Shown in pieces: positions 63,940-64,000 of a DNA stretch of 64,000 nucleotides. The first letter of the stretch is position 1. Each line of letters begins with the position of its first letter. The stretch is taken from the NCBI RefSeq assembly GCF_001194135.2, contig NC_068993.1, positions 23,594,655 through 23,658,654 of the forward strand, given 5' to 3'. The notes under the pieces are model-generated. The model saw nothing but the letters and a program-made list of their open reading frames with translations. It was not told the origin of the DNA and ran no database searches. The DNA comes from Octopus bimaculoides. Lineage: Eukaryota. The position numbers were made by a program, and so were the translations under genes.

Positions 63940-64000
<61 letters not shown>

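Overview
AT-rich, microsatellite-dense eukaryotic scaffold with N gaps. The SINE families resemble those I recall from octopus genomes, so a cephalopod origin is an inference. No host protein-coding exon, rRNA, true tRNA gene or CRISPR array can be supported; most long ORFs in the track are microsatellite or N artefacts. The window is almost entirely nested transposon relics: R4/Dong-type LINEs (restriction-like endonuclease) chained in (AAT)n arrays, RTE and CR1 fragments, an L1/Tx1-like ORF1, two Tc1 elements, a full-length degenerate mariner, a hAT relic, foldback MITEs and several tRNA-derived SINEs. The most interesting layer is a set of Penelope-like elements (PLEs) from at least four lineages whose terminal repeats carry different hammerhead-ribozyme (HHR) folds. 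These include a pair of long-loop type I HHRs (14379-14467, 16194-16282), a compact HHR (24638-24678) and a loop-less, probably dimer-dependent HHR (7935-7980). In that last family the HHR lies downstream of a tRNA-like Pol III promoter, and one copy (1-196) begins exactly at the tRNA-like head, suggesting a PLE-mobilised SINE/retrozyme. Two PLE insertions from different lineages have clear target-site duplications and the same architecture: an inverted copy of the post-ribozyme tail at the 5' end, suggesting priming from both target ends. All structure and family calls were made by eye and need computational confirmation.
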